From Amoebophrya sp. A120 (Eukaryota; Protista; Dinoflagellata): DNA of 64,000 bases. The notes under the pieces were generated by a model. The model searched no databases and was not told the origin of the DNA. It saw only the letters and a list, made by a program, of their open reading frames with translations. Below are positions 48,217 through 61,800 of the stretch, in pieces. How positions within the stretch are numbered: position 1 is the stretch's first letter; every line of letters starts with the position of its first letter. Location of the stretch: positions 1,680,906 to 1,744,905 of the forward strand of contig CAJINV010000009.1 in assembly GCA_905178155.1 (NCBI GenBank). Direction: 5' to 3'. A program made the position numbers and the translations under genes.

Positions 48217-51200
48217 TCAGCATCGGTTTTTCTTCCAAGAGCGCGAACTGAAAAACCAGGAGTCCAAATCGTCCACAATGGACTTTTCTGGCGCAGATGC
48301 TAGTGCGGCCTGCCTTGAGGATGGGCACTCCGGGTTCAGTATCGTCCGTTGCTCCTCGTCTGCGAACCCATGAGGTGGCACCAGACGGTCAGCATCATGA
48401 CCAGCCTGCGCCTCCTCAGGATAATGGTGGTAATCGTTGCACTGCTCAACCGCTTCGCTACTGCGTTCAGGACAGCGATCAAAGTCTGCAGTGATCACAC
48501 AATCTGCATGGCCCCGCCCGAGTCCATCTCCAGCGGCGTGATCCGCCGCCGCCGCAAGTACAGAAAGATCGATCGAGGATGATGGCCCAGCTGCTGACAG
48601 GATATCCCCGGGTAGATGTCTTGTGGTTGTCGTGGTACTCCTTCGCGAAGCAGATGGGGACGTTTTGCCGCCATGCTCAGCGTGCTGCTGGTCTCGACGC
48701 TTCCGACTTGTTCCACTATTCGACCCGGAAGCTAGCACCCCGGCGATGATGCGTTCGCGGTTGTTTCTCGTCAGTGTACTTGAAGTAGTAGTCGTCCTAG
48801 TTGTTGCCGAGCCGTCCATGGGCCTCGCTTTCACTGAAGATGATTGCGATTTGCTAGCCTGGCTTGAAGAGGCATAGTTGTGAGCGCCGGCGCGGCCTCG
48901 GACTGCGCTATGGTTTCTGGGATTGGAGGCCTGGCGTGGAGGCCCGCAGCGAGATGGTAATGCTGGCGCTCTGATAAGGTTAAGGATTTTTTTTATTTTA
49001 TTGATTTGTTTTTGTGAGTGTCGTGCTCAAGGATTTTTTGAAGCATTCAGCCCTACAACTTCCTTCTACTTTCGATGGCTGCTTTCGCAATTTTGCACAA
49101 GCAGAAGACATCAACAGGTAAAGACGAACGAGAAAGATATTATCTTTGTACCCGTGCTGTCCTCCATCAGCCGCATCCTCGACCTCGCGACGTCGCCGGA
49201 GACTTTGGTCTCTCAAGCTCGCTTCGCGCTTTCGGCTTTCCTTTGCGTAAGTGGCTCGGCTGCGTTCTGCGGCGGCAAAGGCAGACTTCAGTTGCCGCAC
49301 AGATTCTAGGGGATCCACCCGAGAACCCGAACCAAATCGCTGCGAGTGCTGCGAAATGCGAGCGGACGCTCGCGCGGTAGTGCGCGACAGCGGCGCGTGC
49401 GTGCTCCTACTCTCTAGCACACTGCCCGCCGCACCAGCAGATGCGTTCTTCGTTCTCGAAGAGGACGGATCATTGTATGCTGAAGTGCAGGAACTGTTTT
49501 TGCGAGAAGCGGTCGTCGTTGTTTTACACGCCTTTGTAGCGGCCGTCGTTCTGGTTCTGCCTCCAGCCGTGGTCACTTTGGTCGTGTTTCCCTTTCCACC
49601 GTGCGTCATCGCAGCGTTCGTACCACTTGGAGCTGTGCCCTCGTGGTCCTGCGTGTGCAAGTTCCGGTAGGATGGAGGCATGCTTTGTGACTGCAGTGCC
49701 GCACCGCTATGGAGATCATCCTGAGTTTGGGTACTACTACTATGCGGGTCCTGCATGGGCTTGGGCTGCAATTGCCGTAAATCGACTGGGTGATCAACAT
49801 CTGCGGGCGGTGCATCATGTTCATGTTCCTCTAGTTGAGGCTTCATTTCAGGTCCGAACCGCGGAGCCTCTTGCGCGTAGTAGCTGTTGACAGATTCATC
49901 AAAATGATCCCAGAATGAGTAGAAGTAGTTAAGGTCTACAGGCAATAAAAATCATAATCAAGAGTAAGAAAATCTCAAATTTTTCCGCATTGTCTATTGA
50001 TGCAAATCCTCTCGAGACGGTCACAGGAGAAGTCCTAAAAAACATAGAAGTGGTACGCGCTCGTCAGCTGGCTCAATGCGAGACCGCCGGCTGCCGCACG
50101 GGCCGGGACCGTGCTTCCGTGGGGCTCCTCCAGGGGTGGATGAACTACAGGGCGCAGGAGCAGATTGGTTGCAATGCTCGTCGTCGTGAACATAGTACCT
50201 GCAATTGCGCCAGTTGCTGTTGCAGGTCCTGGTGCATTCGAGGAAGAACTCGATCCAGTGTACAGAAAATTTTTCTGTAGCTGTGCGGCAGCTGTGGTTT
50301 GGAGTACGGGTCTGGTAATTTGCAGTTTCTGCTGTGCCATCTGGGGCTGAGCTTCCAGCTGGAGGTGCTGTGGTACTGGTGCAGCCGTTGGATACGCTAC
50401 GGCTGCTGGCGGGTCAGATCGAGCTCTGCTTGATGGTGCAGAACTGGGAAGAATTTCATCCCGCACAATCAATGCCGGCATGGGCACCAAGGGGGAAAAC
50501 TGGGGCGGGCTGCACTCTCCCATCGAGGACCGCTCCTCAATGATCGGATCTAGATCACGCCGTCCGGAAATAAATTGTTCCGCGCGACGCCGGTCTTGGG
50601 GATCAAACTGGTAGCGGACTGCCGTGGCCGGTACTGTCGTTGGACGGGAAGCTAGCCCGTCAAAACGAGGACTCGCTCCTCCTTCTGGAGAACTTTGCTG
50701 GGCTCCACTGCTGATTGCTGAATCGGCGTGACGTGCGGCCACGTCCGCGATCGCAGTTACACCGGCCGCATGCGGTTGGTTGCGAAATTTCTGCCTTCCA
50801 AGCGGTAGCTTAGGCGGTCCTTTAGGCAGGGTAGTTGAGGCAACGTGCAGGCTGCGCGCGGTCCAAAATGGCGAAGACGCGTCCGGCGGGGGCCGTTTCA
50901 CGGCCGGAGGCGGGGAGACGTGGCGCAGCAGCGGTGGCTCGGGCGACAGCTTTCGCAGGGTGGGTGGCGGCGAAAAGTGGCGCGTTACGGCATCTAGAAG
51001 GGATTCCGGAGGCTGCATTCCGCGCTGTGGCTCGGCCTGCTTCGGCAGAGCGAGAAAGTTGTGCTGTTCATTGTTTTGATAAATTAAGGCAGCTTCAGCT
51101 TATGTCTCTGTGACTCGATAAAATCCCGCGTTCTGACGCAGCAGCTAGTAGCATAAAAGCCACCACGGCGACAAGAGAGGTCAGAACTACAGATCGTTGG

Positions 51201-54200
51201 ATATTGCACGACACGTGCTCAGGTAGAAGCACTGCCTGTTAGGCAGATGCAGATTCAACAATGCATTCACAAACTTCAAATCATCGATTCTACCGGCAAT
51301 GCGACGACACAATTTAGCGATCGGCTTTGCAGCAGCGGTTCTTTCTGCTTTTCTCCCTGAAGGGCAATGGCGCCACCTGGCGCGGGTTCCGACGTGCGCG
51401 GACGATCTGCGGCACTGCGTCCTGAAGCGTTACTTTGTTCTGCAAGTTCTTCTATTCCGGCAGTTCCAGAGACAGATGCTGGAATTGGTGCATCAAGCGA
51501 TCTACTCTTAAACAAGTCGTTCCACGATGGCACAACGCCATTTGACGTTGTACTAGAAGACGAGGAAGCGGAGGACCCCATAAATTTGGTCGTGTTTGTT
51601 CTCCCGACAAATTTATTCTTCGCTTCGGAGGGTGGAGCGACCTCGTCTTCAACAATGAGCTCTGCGAGTACAGGCCGCTGCTTGCTTGAACTAGATCCAC
51701 CTGCTGGACCGATGGCGCGCGTGGTGGTGGAAGTAGTTGCACCACTTCCGTCTGATGCTCCTGCAGAATATGCTAGAGGTGGAGCTGCGCCCGCGTCGGC
51801 TCCTGGTGTGTTTTTCTCGGTAACAAAAATCTCAGGTGTCAATGCCTGCCGACTATCTCCTTCGTCTTCCTGCACGGAGGAACGGTTCAGGTTCTTTGGC
51901 TTGGTGCTCGTGTTATACGAGCATCCGTTCAGCGGCGAAATGGGTCCTCCTTTGCTGCTGGAGGAGCTCAATGCCATCAACGGCAACGTCGTACCTGCGC
52001 CAGGCCCGCCTGCATTCCATTTGGGAGCTGGAAAGCGAGCGTTTGGGGAGTGTTGCTGCGACAGGAAGTTTGCTCGCCTGCTGGTCGTGCTCCGGCTGCT
52101 CAAGGTCGACGTCGGAGATAGTATCGCAAGAAAAAAGTGTCACAGTTACACATTTTGTTGCAGGCCAAGCAAGACAGACAAGCTCCGTCATGCCGGATAA
52201 GCATCGGAGCCTCGTTTCACGCGTGTTTTCCCGTAGGATTTCTGCATTGCAAGTTTTTTCTCTCATGCAGAGAAATTTGTGTTGCTGCATTGACAACAGG
52301 AGGTGTGTAACTGTAACACTTTTTTCTTGGGATAGATAGGGCACAGGGACCACTAGCGCCTTGTTGTGGTGCAGCTACGCCTTGGCCTTGGAGCAGCAAC
52401 AACTGCTGTTGCTTCTGCTGCCCGATGACATCACCAGCTCCACTAAAAAACGAGTCGTCTTGCTTTCCTGACGTTGCAATGGGAGCCGCAAAGCTTAAGC
52501 TAGTACTTTGCTTCCGCTGATGAACTGCAAAATTCTGGAATTGATCGGACAATAGGGACAACCTTTCGTCCATGAGCTCCTGCTGGGTTTTCCAAGTGCG
52601 GATCGCGTCTTGCATTTTCGCACTCTGAGTTTGCACCTCGTCTTCCAGCTGCCTGCAGCGAAGCGCCGACTCCTGCAAAACTTCCTGCAGCAACTGCTTT
52701 ACACGGGTTTCCGGAAGGTATTTCATCTCGTTGCTACACTCTTTCCGCAGCTTTTTCGACCGCAAAGTGATGTAGCTTTGGTCTTCTTGGCCTTGATGAC
52801 TCTGGCCCGCAGCAGTTGTCGCGTCACTCCTGCTAGTGTCCCCATAATTCTCAACATCTGCAGAGGTTTGCCGCAGCCCCAACTTCATGCTAGTGGGCCC
52901 CCCTTCCCCTTCGAGGTCGCTCAACATTGTCGTGCTACTGGAATTCGGTTCTTCAGTGAGGTCCTCAACGAATTTGTCGGCGCGCGCAAGCATCGACGAA
53001 CCGAGAGGGGCAAAAAAGCCGTTTGCTAGAAGTTGTTCGTCTTTGTCCTGCATTTTGTTCGGACAACTGGCCGTCCTCGTCTCGTCATTCGGTAAAGTTT
53101 GGGACAAGCTCGTTGTACCGCAACCGTTTTTACTAAAAGTTTGATCTTGAAGATTTTCCTGCTGTTCCTCGACGACCGCAGAATGTAGTTCTTCGCCACT
53201 TTGGCCACTATTCCTGATTTTCAGCATCAGGTCAAGGGCTTTTCTGTGGGCTGGACCGACCTTCTTTAGGAACTTGACATCAACGTCGCCGTGAAGCAGC
53301 TCGCTGGGAGAAAGTGAGGAGGATCCGGCAACGTCGTCGGCATTTGCATGTGGCGGGTGCCGATAGGCATCACTTTCCGGGGAGCATGCGTCCGTCGTCT
53401 TCGCATACTGCCGGCTGATCGTGCTCGTCATTTCATCCACCTGTTGTACTTCATCACGACTATTTGCATTTTTCCCGCCAATTGTCCTCACCAGGTGAAG
53501 ATGCTGCTCGAAGGCAGGCATGGCTTGATAGAATGGTTCTGCCCCCGCGGAGGTCCTCCACGACCCGGCCCCGTGTTCCTGCTGTCGTGTGTTCGTCAGT
53601 TCTTGATCTTCCCCCAGAAGCTGGGCGGCGTCCCTTGTTGTGGCCGCGGATTCTTTCGTTGTCCCCCTCTCAATATCTTCCACCCTGATCTGCTGTTGGT
53701 GCCGGGGTGCCGTGCTGTAGACACAGGATCCTGGCGGGACTAGCGATTCCGCGCTCGAGGTAACCGGCGAGCACTTCGAGGGAAGAAACTTCGGATTTGT
53801 CATCTTGGTCTCAGTGGTCGGAGGTGGACCCAGTTCGTCCTGATACGCACTCGTGCGAAGATTTGGAGTCGAGGAAAACGTCGCGGTCTTGTTGCCCCCC
53901 GTTGGGGCAGTAGTACAAGCAGCAGCTGCGTGATCGACGAACACGAGAGCCTCACTAGGAGGTGCAGCGCAGGACCCGCTAGTGCTTTCCTCCAGGATTC
54001 CAGCGGAAGAAGCTGAGGCGCAACTTGAGGACAAGTTATGGCCGTAAGTTGAGGAACTACTTCCACCGTCCTCTAGCGTGCTGCTCGAGTTTTCAATTTC
54101 ATCCTGACCTCGACCAGGGATGGCGTCCTTTCGGCCAAGGGCGAGTCCGCTTCGCCGAGGAAAAACTTCGTCGTCCATTTCCTCCGCTGTAGTCGTGATA

Positions 54201-55894
54201 CCGTTATCCACGACCGTGACTGTGCTGGTCCTCGGTTCTTGCCGTTCTTCGGAAGAGTGACCACCTGTCAATGTCGTGAACATCTCGTCTGCGCACTCGC
54301 CAGTTGCAAGGAGAGCTGCGGCGTCGGATGCAGACCTTGGGAGTTTTGTAGAAAGTGATCAAGATCATTTATGTTTGACTTTGTCATGACATCACGATGG
54401 TACCGATGATGAAGCTGCTTCTGTCGTTTGTTACATCAATGACGACAAAGAGTGAAGACTTTTATTTTCTCCTCGACACCGACACGATCGATATATGATT
54501 TTGATTTATCAAAAATCGGAAAAAATTTTCAAGTGCGAGGTCACAGAAACGACAACACAACTACTGCACCAGCAAGAAAGGTCAAGAAGTGCAATAGCAT
54601 TCTTTACTGCTCTTCTCTTCCTGGTACAACAGCTCCAGCTGTCCCGCCACGCTTTACACGATCGGCCTGCACAAAGGGGTTATTTGACAGAGACGACGTC
54701 GAGTACATTCGTGCAAGCTCCATCTCATAGGCTTTTTTTGCTTCTTGGATGCTCGCCGAGTTAGAGTCCAGATCTGCTCGATTGTCCATAGAGAGTGAGC
54801 AAGAACAAGATTCATCTGACTCGTCCGCGCGTGCATCTTCTAGTTTGGCTTGGTTCATCTCCAGGAGTTCTTGGTTTTTTCCAGCTATCGCGCAGTCGTT
54901 ATGATTTTCGTAATGCCGACGACCTCCAAGAGTTTGAGTTGTATCTAGAGAAGCCTGGAGGTGCTCGCCGGCTTCGGGTGGATTTCGACTGTTGAGATCA
55001 CTTCGCGTGCTGGTGTCTTCCCGCGTCTTTCCGCGGACTCGTGCGCCAAGTTGTGCACAGGTTTCCACTGGATTTCTGTCAGGCTGGAGTTCTTGTGCTG
55101 GATAATTGGTGCTTTGCGCAGGGGTCGCTGTTTCCGCACTCGCAAAAGCTGCAGGAGCTGGCTTTTCATGATTTGTTTGTGCTTGTTCTCGGAGCAACTG
55201 CGCTCCCGCTTTGGTTAAACCTTCGGTGAGTAGTGCCAAATTGGATTTTACGATCTCGCTGTTCTTGGAGTAGTAGTTTCGAGATGCAGAAGATTTGCTG
55301 TTCTCGAGAAACGGCGACTGACTCCCAGCGGACCGCGGAGAGGAGGACCAATCGCGGGACGAGCTACTCAGCAGGGTCGCACTGTATTCGAGTTCATGCT
55401 CATGCAGCTCGGATCGGATTCCAGAATCCCGAGCGACAACATCCCCGGTGCTGCTGCGGCGCTGATGGTCCTGGTGTGCCGTATTTTCCGCGACCCTAGC
55501 CAGCGTCGGAGCGTTGAGAAGATGACCTGATTTTTTTTTTCCATACTTTTGCCGAACAAGAAAACTGAATTTGCTATTGCTCGCTCCATCACGATTTTAT
55601 TGTCCGGAATGTTTCGAGCAAGAAGAACACTTGAAGATGCAGTTTCTTGAAAAGCAACGACTAACAAAAGGATTCATTTCGAACTAAAATCGAAATGGAT
55701 TGAAGTTTAACTTTAAGCAGTAGGCCGCATCGCAAATTTCTACACAGATAGTGAAAGAAGATGATGATAAAAGCACCCTTTTCGTTTGCATTTTCCGCAA
55801 CTGGTGTAATTAGTCTGGCCGTTCCAGCGATCAACGCATCCAGCGCAGCCCCGAGCTCTAGGCTGTCCGACGGGCTCACCTCCTTTGTAGCCAT
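48217..55894 (-). CDS. one or more large low-complexity (S/T/P/Q-rich, partly coiled-coil) hypothetical proteins, multi-exon
   Basis: Chain of co-oriented ORFs 55661-55894, 54604-55239, 52217-54283, 51276-52103, 50035-51018, 48998-49945, 48217-48834; only the 52122 junction was verified (CALS|PTSTLSSR). Confidence 0.6.
52122..52334. mobile_element. introner-like TIR element, family B, 213 bp
   Basis: tatc.caagaaaaaagtgt.acagttacaca TIR; DR gatag; internally similar to 17976-18189. Confidence 0.93.
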
Positions 55895-56510
55895 ACCAGC
55901 CGTTTCAGTCTCAAATCTTTCTGCGGCTTTAAACTTTCGTCTCCACCAGGTATAGGTGCTCTTCTACTTGCTTCTGCATCTTCTATATCTGTGTCGCAAA
56001 AAATGGACAAGTAAATAAACTGGCACTGGCACTGGGAGGGCAAGTGAGAGTTGATTTATACGTTCGTTGTACTACATGCAGACACCAATAGGGGCACTCA
56101 ATACTTCTGAGGAAGAAACACACGAAGCAAAACGATACTGAACGCAATGGCCTCGGTTGCAACTTCTAAAACTGCGTATCATTTTGGTGTTGGTTATCTC
56201 TCGCACCCACAAGGTGAAAATAAAGCATCTGATATTTCTTCCCCGACATACCATTACCAGGACGGGGGATGCAGACACAAATCGCGCACAAAGGAGAAGG
56301 AAGAGGCGGATGCACTACAATATTCTTATTCATATTCTCGTAGTAACCGAAATAACTGAAACTGTGGAAGAACATGAACAGATGGCGGTGTGCCGGATTG
56401 ATCGCGGTGCAGACGACGAAGGTATAGGTACTCGCGCAGAAGGAAAATCATTCACATTTTTTGTTTGCCTCCAAATAAAATCTACACACACATAGTTCTT
56501 GAGCTAGAGC

Positions 56511-56634
56511 TTGACGACTGATCAGTCGTCAAACGAGTTCTAAAGGCTTAAGTACTGTCAAATGTCAAACACAAACTAAGGCTTTGTCTGAATAGTTTGT
56601 GCTTGTGTGAATAGTTTGTCAGTCGTCGACTGAC
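56511..56634. repeat. paired palindromes in an intergenic region
   Basis: Perfect 22-bp ttgacgactgatcagtcgtcaa (56511-56532) and gtcagtcg-t-cgactgac (56618-56634); tgaatagtttgt occurs twice between them. Confidence 0.75.
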
Positions 56635-57287
56635 GCATATACAATAGACGAAATACATCTGCAAAAACGGCCTGAGCAATGTTGTTCATGTTGAAAAATC
56701 AAAATATGTCTTGATGAGTCTATCTCTATGTAGATAGGCTTTGACTTTCTTCGAAACTGAAACAAGTGACAATTTCTAGTGAGTCCTGTGAATCAACTGT
56801 AGAAAAAATCTCAATAGTACATAGCGTGAACGTAATTGGTACTCAATTGAAACGGTAGTAGGGTTCTGGTTCCTAACTTTTTTGTTATAATGATGATGAA
56901 GTAAAAAGCTAAAATATCATTTATCATGTGCGTAATAAAAACGAAAACCGTAAAATTAAAATAAAGAATCCGCATAAGATGAAACAGCAGTCGCATCTCA
57001 TGTAGAACGGATGCATCTTCCTTCATTTTGCACACAGACGGTGACATTCTGCAGCTTTGCCTTTGGTCAAGAAAGTGAAGAGTATTCATCTTACTTGCTG
57101 TTTAGTTTTCTACAGTCAGCTAAAATACCGCTCGTTAAACTCGCTTATCCCTGAAGGGGTCACCCTTGTCCGCAGTTTTGCTCGGATATTCAATGAAAAT
57201 TAACCACTCCCACTCACTTCTTGCGTGAGAAAAGTCGTCTTCGCTTTTACCACATGTTTTGCATGACAAATTATTGGGTGGAGCTGG

Positions 57288-58103
57288 CTAATTTGCAGGG
57301 AATAGCGGATGCGGTACAGCGATTTTGTCGTCGTCACCGGAGAAGGACATGTGCGACATGTTCTGCCGGGTTGGAGCCGGGACAAAGCCTCGATCACTAT
57401 TGTTGCTATTGTTGCTGTCGAGGCTGCTGCGCAGGTCCATCGTGCGCTGGCTTTGCGGTGGCGCGCTGCGATCTCGGTTGGTGCCGAAGGACGGGACGAG
57501 TCCACCCTCGTTTATTCTTGCCCTTGCGTCATCCTTCGAGTTGTTTCTATTACTGCGCAAGCTTTGATTGCTAGACTCATCGCCGGCCAGAGAGATACCG
57601 TCGGAAACGCGGGGCGGGAGCGAGAGCGCAACCACATGGCCACGCGCGTCGGTCTCGACTTCGGACTTCTGTTGGTGAAGCTGCTTCAGCGCTTCGCCCT
57701 GGATTTCTTCGACTTCAGAGACCAAGTATGACGACGTTTCGGAGGACTTCTTGAGCTTGACGCCAGACGTTTTGGACTTGATCCAGGACAAGATGTTGGC
57801 CGAGAGCGCGGATCCATCGCCTGTGGGAAATCGTTGCGATTCGCCGGGGGCCAGCATAGCATCGCTTGGCAACATTTTGATCAGGGAGCTGTCCAGTCCA
57901 CTCGTGGTCGTCGCCTGTGACCGCGCCCAGTCCACAATTTCCTCGCTGGCCTTGTGATGCTCGCTGTCGCCCGGGAGGCCGCTTCGCGGAGGCGCACTTG
58001 CTTGTCGCCGTGTCACGCTGGCGCTGGATGGCGTGTTGTAATGTGACGTCACAAAGCTGCGGATCTCAGATTTGCGGTGCGCCGCGTCGCTGCGGTGTGT
58101 CAT
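57288..58103 (-). CDS. S-rich exon, possibly the C-terminal tail of the channel gene or a separate hypothetical protein
   Basis: 271-aa ORF with GC-rich codons. Confidence 0.5.
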   Translation of the reverse strand: MTHRSDAAHRKSEIRSFVTSHYNTPSSASVTRRQASAPPRSGLPGDSEHHKASEEIVDWARSQATTTSGLDSSLIKMLPSDAMLAPGESQRFPTGDGSALSANILSWIKSKTSGVKLKKSSETSSYLVSEVEEIQGEALKQLHQQKSEVETDARGHVVALSLPPRVSDGISLAGDESSNQSLRSNRNNSKDDARARINEGGLVPSFGTNRDRSAPPQSQRTMDLRSSLDSNNSNNSDRGFVPAPTRQNMSHMSFSGDDDKIAVPHPLFPAN

Positions 58104-58657
58104 GCGCGGGCTGAACTTCCGCTGGAAGCTGTCCTTCAGCCAACGCCGGTGATTCGGCGCAAGAATTTGGGCCGCGCCCGGGATGCGCGGCAGTCCGGTG
58201 GGATCGACGCCTGCCGCCGGGTCAAGATTCGCGTTTCTGTGATAGATTATCTTTGATGAAGCTAATTAGATCCAGACACATAGTACATAGGTTGTTTTGC
58301 GTGGCACTTTCAATACTCAAAAAGAACATGCGAGCTTGAGCGTCATAAGAGAATCATCCGGGGTAGTACTATAGGTTACGCGGCTAGCAGAGTAGCATTT
58401 GATAAATGAGCAACACAGCAGCGACTTCTAATTGAAATGCAAATGGTACACTTTGCTAATTACCTCATGAGCATATCGAATTTTCGATGTAGGTCGTCGA
58501 CGTTGCGTTCCACCATGATAAATTGCTTGCAGGCCAACAATGCCTGGTTGGGCTGCGTGATTGTCGTTGCGCTGTGGTCGAGGTGCGCGTGGTCTCCGAC
58601 GCGCGACGCGCGATGCTGTTATCGAGCGGAAGGAAGTGACTTTCGGCAGTGCTGCTA

Positions 58658-58836
58658 CTAGCCCTAAGAAAAATTGCAGCCTACCATGCGGATTCTCCAT
58701 GTCATGCAAAAATTACTCAATGCCATGCGCATGCGTTCCGGAGTGGTTTCTGGTGCACCTTGTTTTACAATCGTAAAAAGAAAAAAATTCCGTAGGCGAA
58801 TCCGCACGACAAGTTTCGTATATTTCTCAGGGCTAC
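58658..58836 (-). mobile_element. candidate TIR-bounded intron with GT...AG ends
   Basis: Minus strand gtagccctgagaaat...tttttcttagggctag; internal tgtcatgca; removal joins SLAFLAA|VAALPK. Confidence 0.5.
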
Positions 58837-58866
58837 CAGCGGCCAGGAAAGCCAGTGACTTCCCCT

Positions 58867-61800
58867 TCATAACTGTTCTCGGAGTTCCTGTTCTCGGTGT
58901 TTCCGGAGTTCGCGGAAGAATTTCGGGAAGGCGTAGCAGATGTTATGGAGGCTGTCGATCGGCAAATGCAGCGTCTTAACGACCGTCATGGCGAAGGCCG
59001 AGTGCGAGTGCAGTGCCTGGTTCGGAGTCGCGGTTGTGAGCGAGGCCAAGGCCGAATGTACCCCGAACGCCGTGCCCGGTTTCTCGAGCCGCTTCTCGAA
59101 CAGGTCGGGCAACGGGGGGTCCATTACGTCCTCGATGCGGTCCACTTCGCAAACGGTCACCGTGCCAAACTCCAACACATAAAACCCGTCCGACTCGTCG
59201 CCCCGACGGTAGACCGCATCGCCCTGCATAAACAACCTGTTAGATAATTTTACTGACCGTTAGTCGGCTAGTAAACAACATGTCAGTGAAGTTCTTATCG
59301 ATAGTTGCGTTGGATGCTTTACCTATAGCATACGAATTTTCCAATTATGAATCTTGACTGCGTTTGCGCGTTATCCTGAATGCCACGTAGAAGTACTTCA
59401 ATCCCATTTTCTGGCAGACGTCTGCAAGCACTGCTGGTGGTGCATGAAGCAAAAATGGCAGAGCCACAATGGTGTCGTGAAATAGCGAAATGGCGACTTC
59501 GGTGGTTAGTGATTTGCTGAGAATGTTCGGGTCCAGCAGGTGCATGTTGCCAAACTCATTATTCACCCAGCGAAACTTGAAGTAGTCTTTAATCCGCTGC
59601 TGCAGGCACGGACTGAGGTTGTGCGCATTATCCGTGAGCTCTTGCAATGCCGCGTCCTGGCAAAGGTAATGTAAGTTTGTTGTCGTAAAATAAATGTAAA
59701 CTCGAGCAAGCAGGTGGATCGGAACTTAATATTCTATGGAGTCACAACAAGCCTTGCGAGAGAGCACAGAGAAAAAAGTGAAAAGGCAATAAATCGCCAC
59801 CCGCAAAGGCTTATCAATATGATGTTCATCTTTATCTCAATGAAGTACTTAGTTGTCATTGTCACCTGTTTCCTGCGGAATTCTTTTCGGGCGTAGTCCG
59901 TGTTCTTTACGGCATCGAGGATCTGTCCGATCAGAATTGCCTGCAGGATCATTCCAATCCACTTCAGCCAGAAAACGTAAGCAAACATGCTGGCATTCCG
60001 GACAAACGCATTGGGCTGCACTGGTTGAACCAGACCCAAATCAAACGCAGCACTGTACACCGCGACCCAATCCGGCGTGGTCGTAGTAAGAGACCGCCTC
60101 TCTACGCCTACGGCCTTGTTCATGCGGAGTTTCTCGTTATTTTCGTCGTATTTCAGTTGATACAACTCGGAGTTTGCATTTCTAAAATTATCCCTTTCAG
60201 CCGCAAGAGCACGTCCTTGAGCAGCGTTTATTTCGTTACCGCCAAGAGAAGCATCCTTCTCTTCAACTAGAAGAGTCGAAAATATTTCTGGCTCTCTACC
60301 GTAGGGCTGGTCGTAAGAAGTTTCGAACAGGGACGACGATTCAGCATCTTCAGTAGGGGTCTTCTGTGCCGCAGCAAGCTCCTCTCTAAGGATACGGTGG
60401 TACTGCGATTGCGGGACCCAGTTGTAGTCCGTAGCTGCGTCGTTTACACCTCCGGAGGACACCCCGCCATTCGTCGTGCCATAGGGAACGGAATACCATG
60501 GTGTTGTGCGACTGGTTGTGCCGTTCACTGTTGCAAAATTCACAGGCCTAACGTTGTTCATAAAGTTGCAATATGAGCTGCAAACTTGGAAAGCCGCTTC
60601 CTTGGCAGTCGTGTGTATCTTCTGTGCGCTGCGGGCTCAACATAAATACTCTTCATCTTCTTGACGGGTGTCGGGTTCCTCGTATTTCGTCTTTTGCTTT
60701 ATTTCATTTCGTCACGAACTGCTTTTTGAATGTGCCATCTCCACGAGGGATTTATTGGCTTTGGGGCTGTTCGCATGTTTGGCCTTTGGCATAAAAGATA
60801 AATGCACCGTAACAAAAATACTAGAGATACTGATACAATCTTCACCCGCAGGCGACACACTGAAGATGCAAAAGACGTTCAACAGTTTGTGCAAACGACT
60901 ACAGGTCGTGGCGGTTTTCCGTTTTTTCCGCTCTGGATAGCCACGGGGACTTGGTGCTGGCCATGAAGACTGCCTGCTGGTAGTGTGCCTCGGAGTCGAA
61001 GTGGTTCTTGTACTGCATCAGCAGGTCGTAATCCTCGTTCAGTTTCTGTTCCAGGCCCTTGTGAAAGTGCAGGCCTTGGTAGTACCCCCCGTCGATCTCG
61101 TTGTTGGGCAGGGACCCCATCAGGGCGCTCATCACCGTGGACATGCCGTGCCAGTACAACGGCCACACGTACTGCGAGGTACACTGCAGACCCAGCTGCG
61201 GGTGCGTGACGATCAGCTTTTCGTCTAGCTTCTCCGCGTAGTTCCACTCCGGATAAATGTCCTCCAGCTGCTCGCAGAGGCCCACCATGAACAGCCAGCC
61301 GCACGTGAGAAAGTGGCAAATGACGAAGAAGACGACCAGGGTGCGCATGATGTTTCCGTACCGCAGATCCCCCGAGAGGAAGGCGCGGAGCTTGGTGAGA
61401 CGCAGCAGGATGGGGATCTTGAGCCACTTGAGGAACTTGACCTGCTTCCGCGCCGAGGAGCCCATGGCCAGAAAGGTCAGCAATTCCCAGGGGAAGTTGG
61501 CGGCCACGTCGACCCAGAACCAGCCGTGCAGGTAGTGCGCCGCGATCTTCTTGGGGTCCATGATAATGTGTCCGTCGTGGACGAACCCGGTCCGGAAGTG
61601 CAGAATCATGTCCAGGATAAACATGGCGTCCAACCCGTAGAAGAAGTAGTACTGTGCCTCGGGGTACCGAAACTGGTACACGCCAATGGAAAAGCCCACC
61701 ATAATCGTGATGTAGATGACCGCGATCGCGATGGCCGCGTTCCAAAGTTCCAAGCGAAAGGACAGCGGGTTGATCACATACCTAAATTCGGGGTGGGCGG

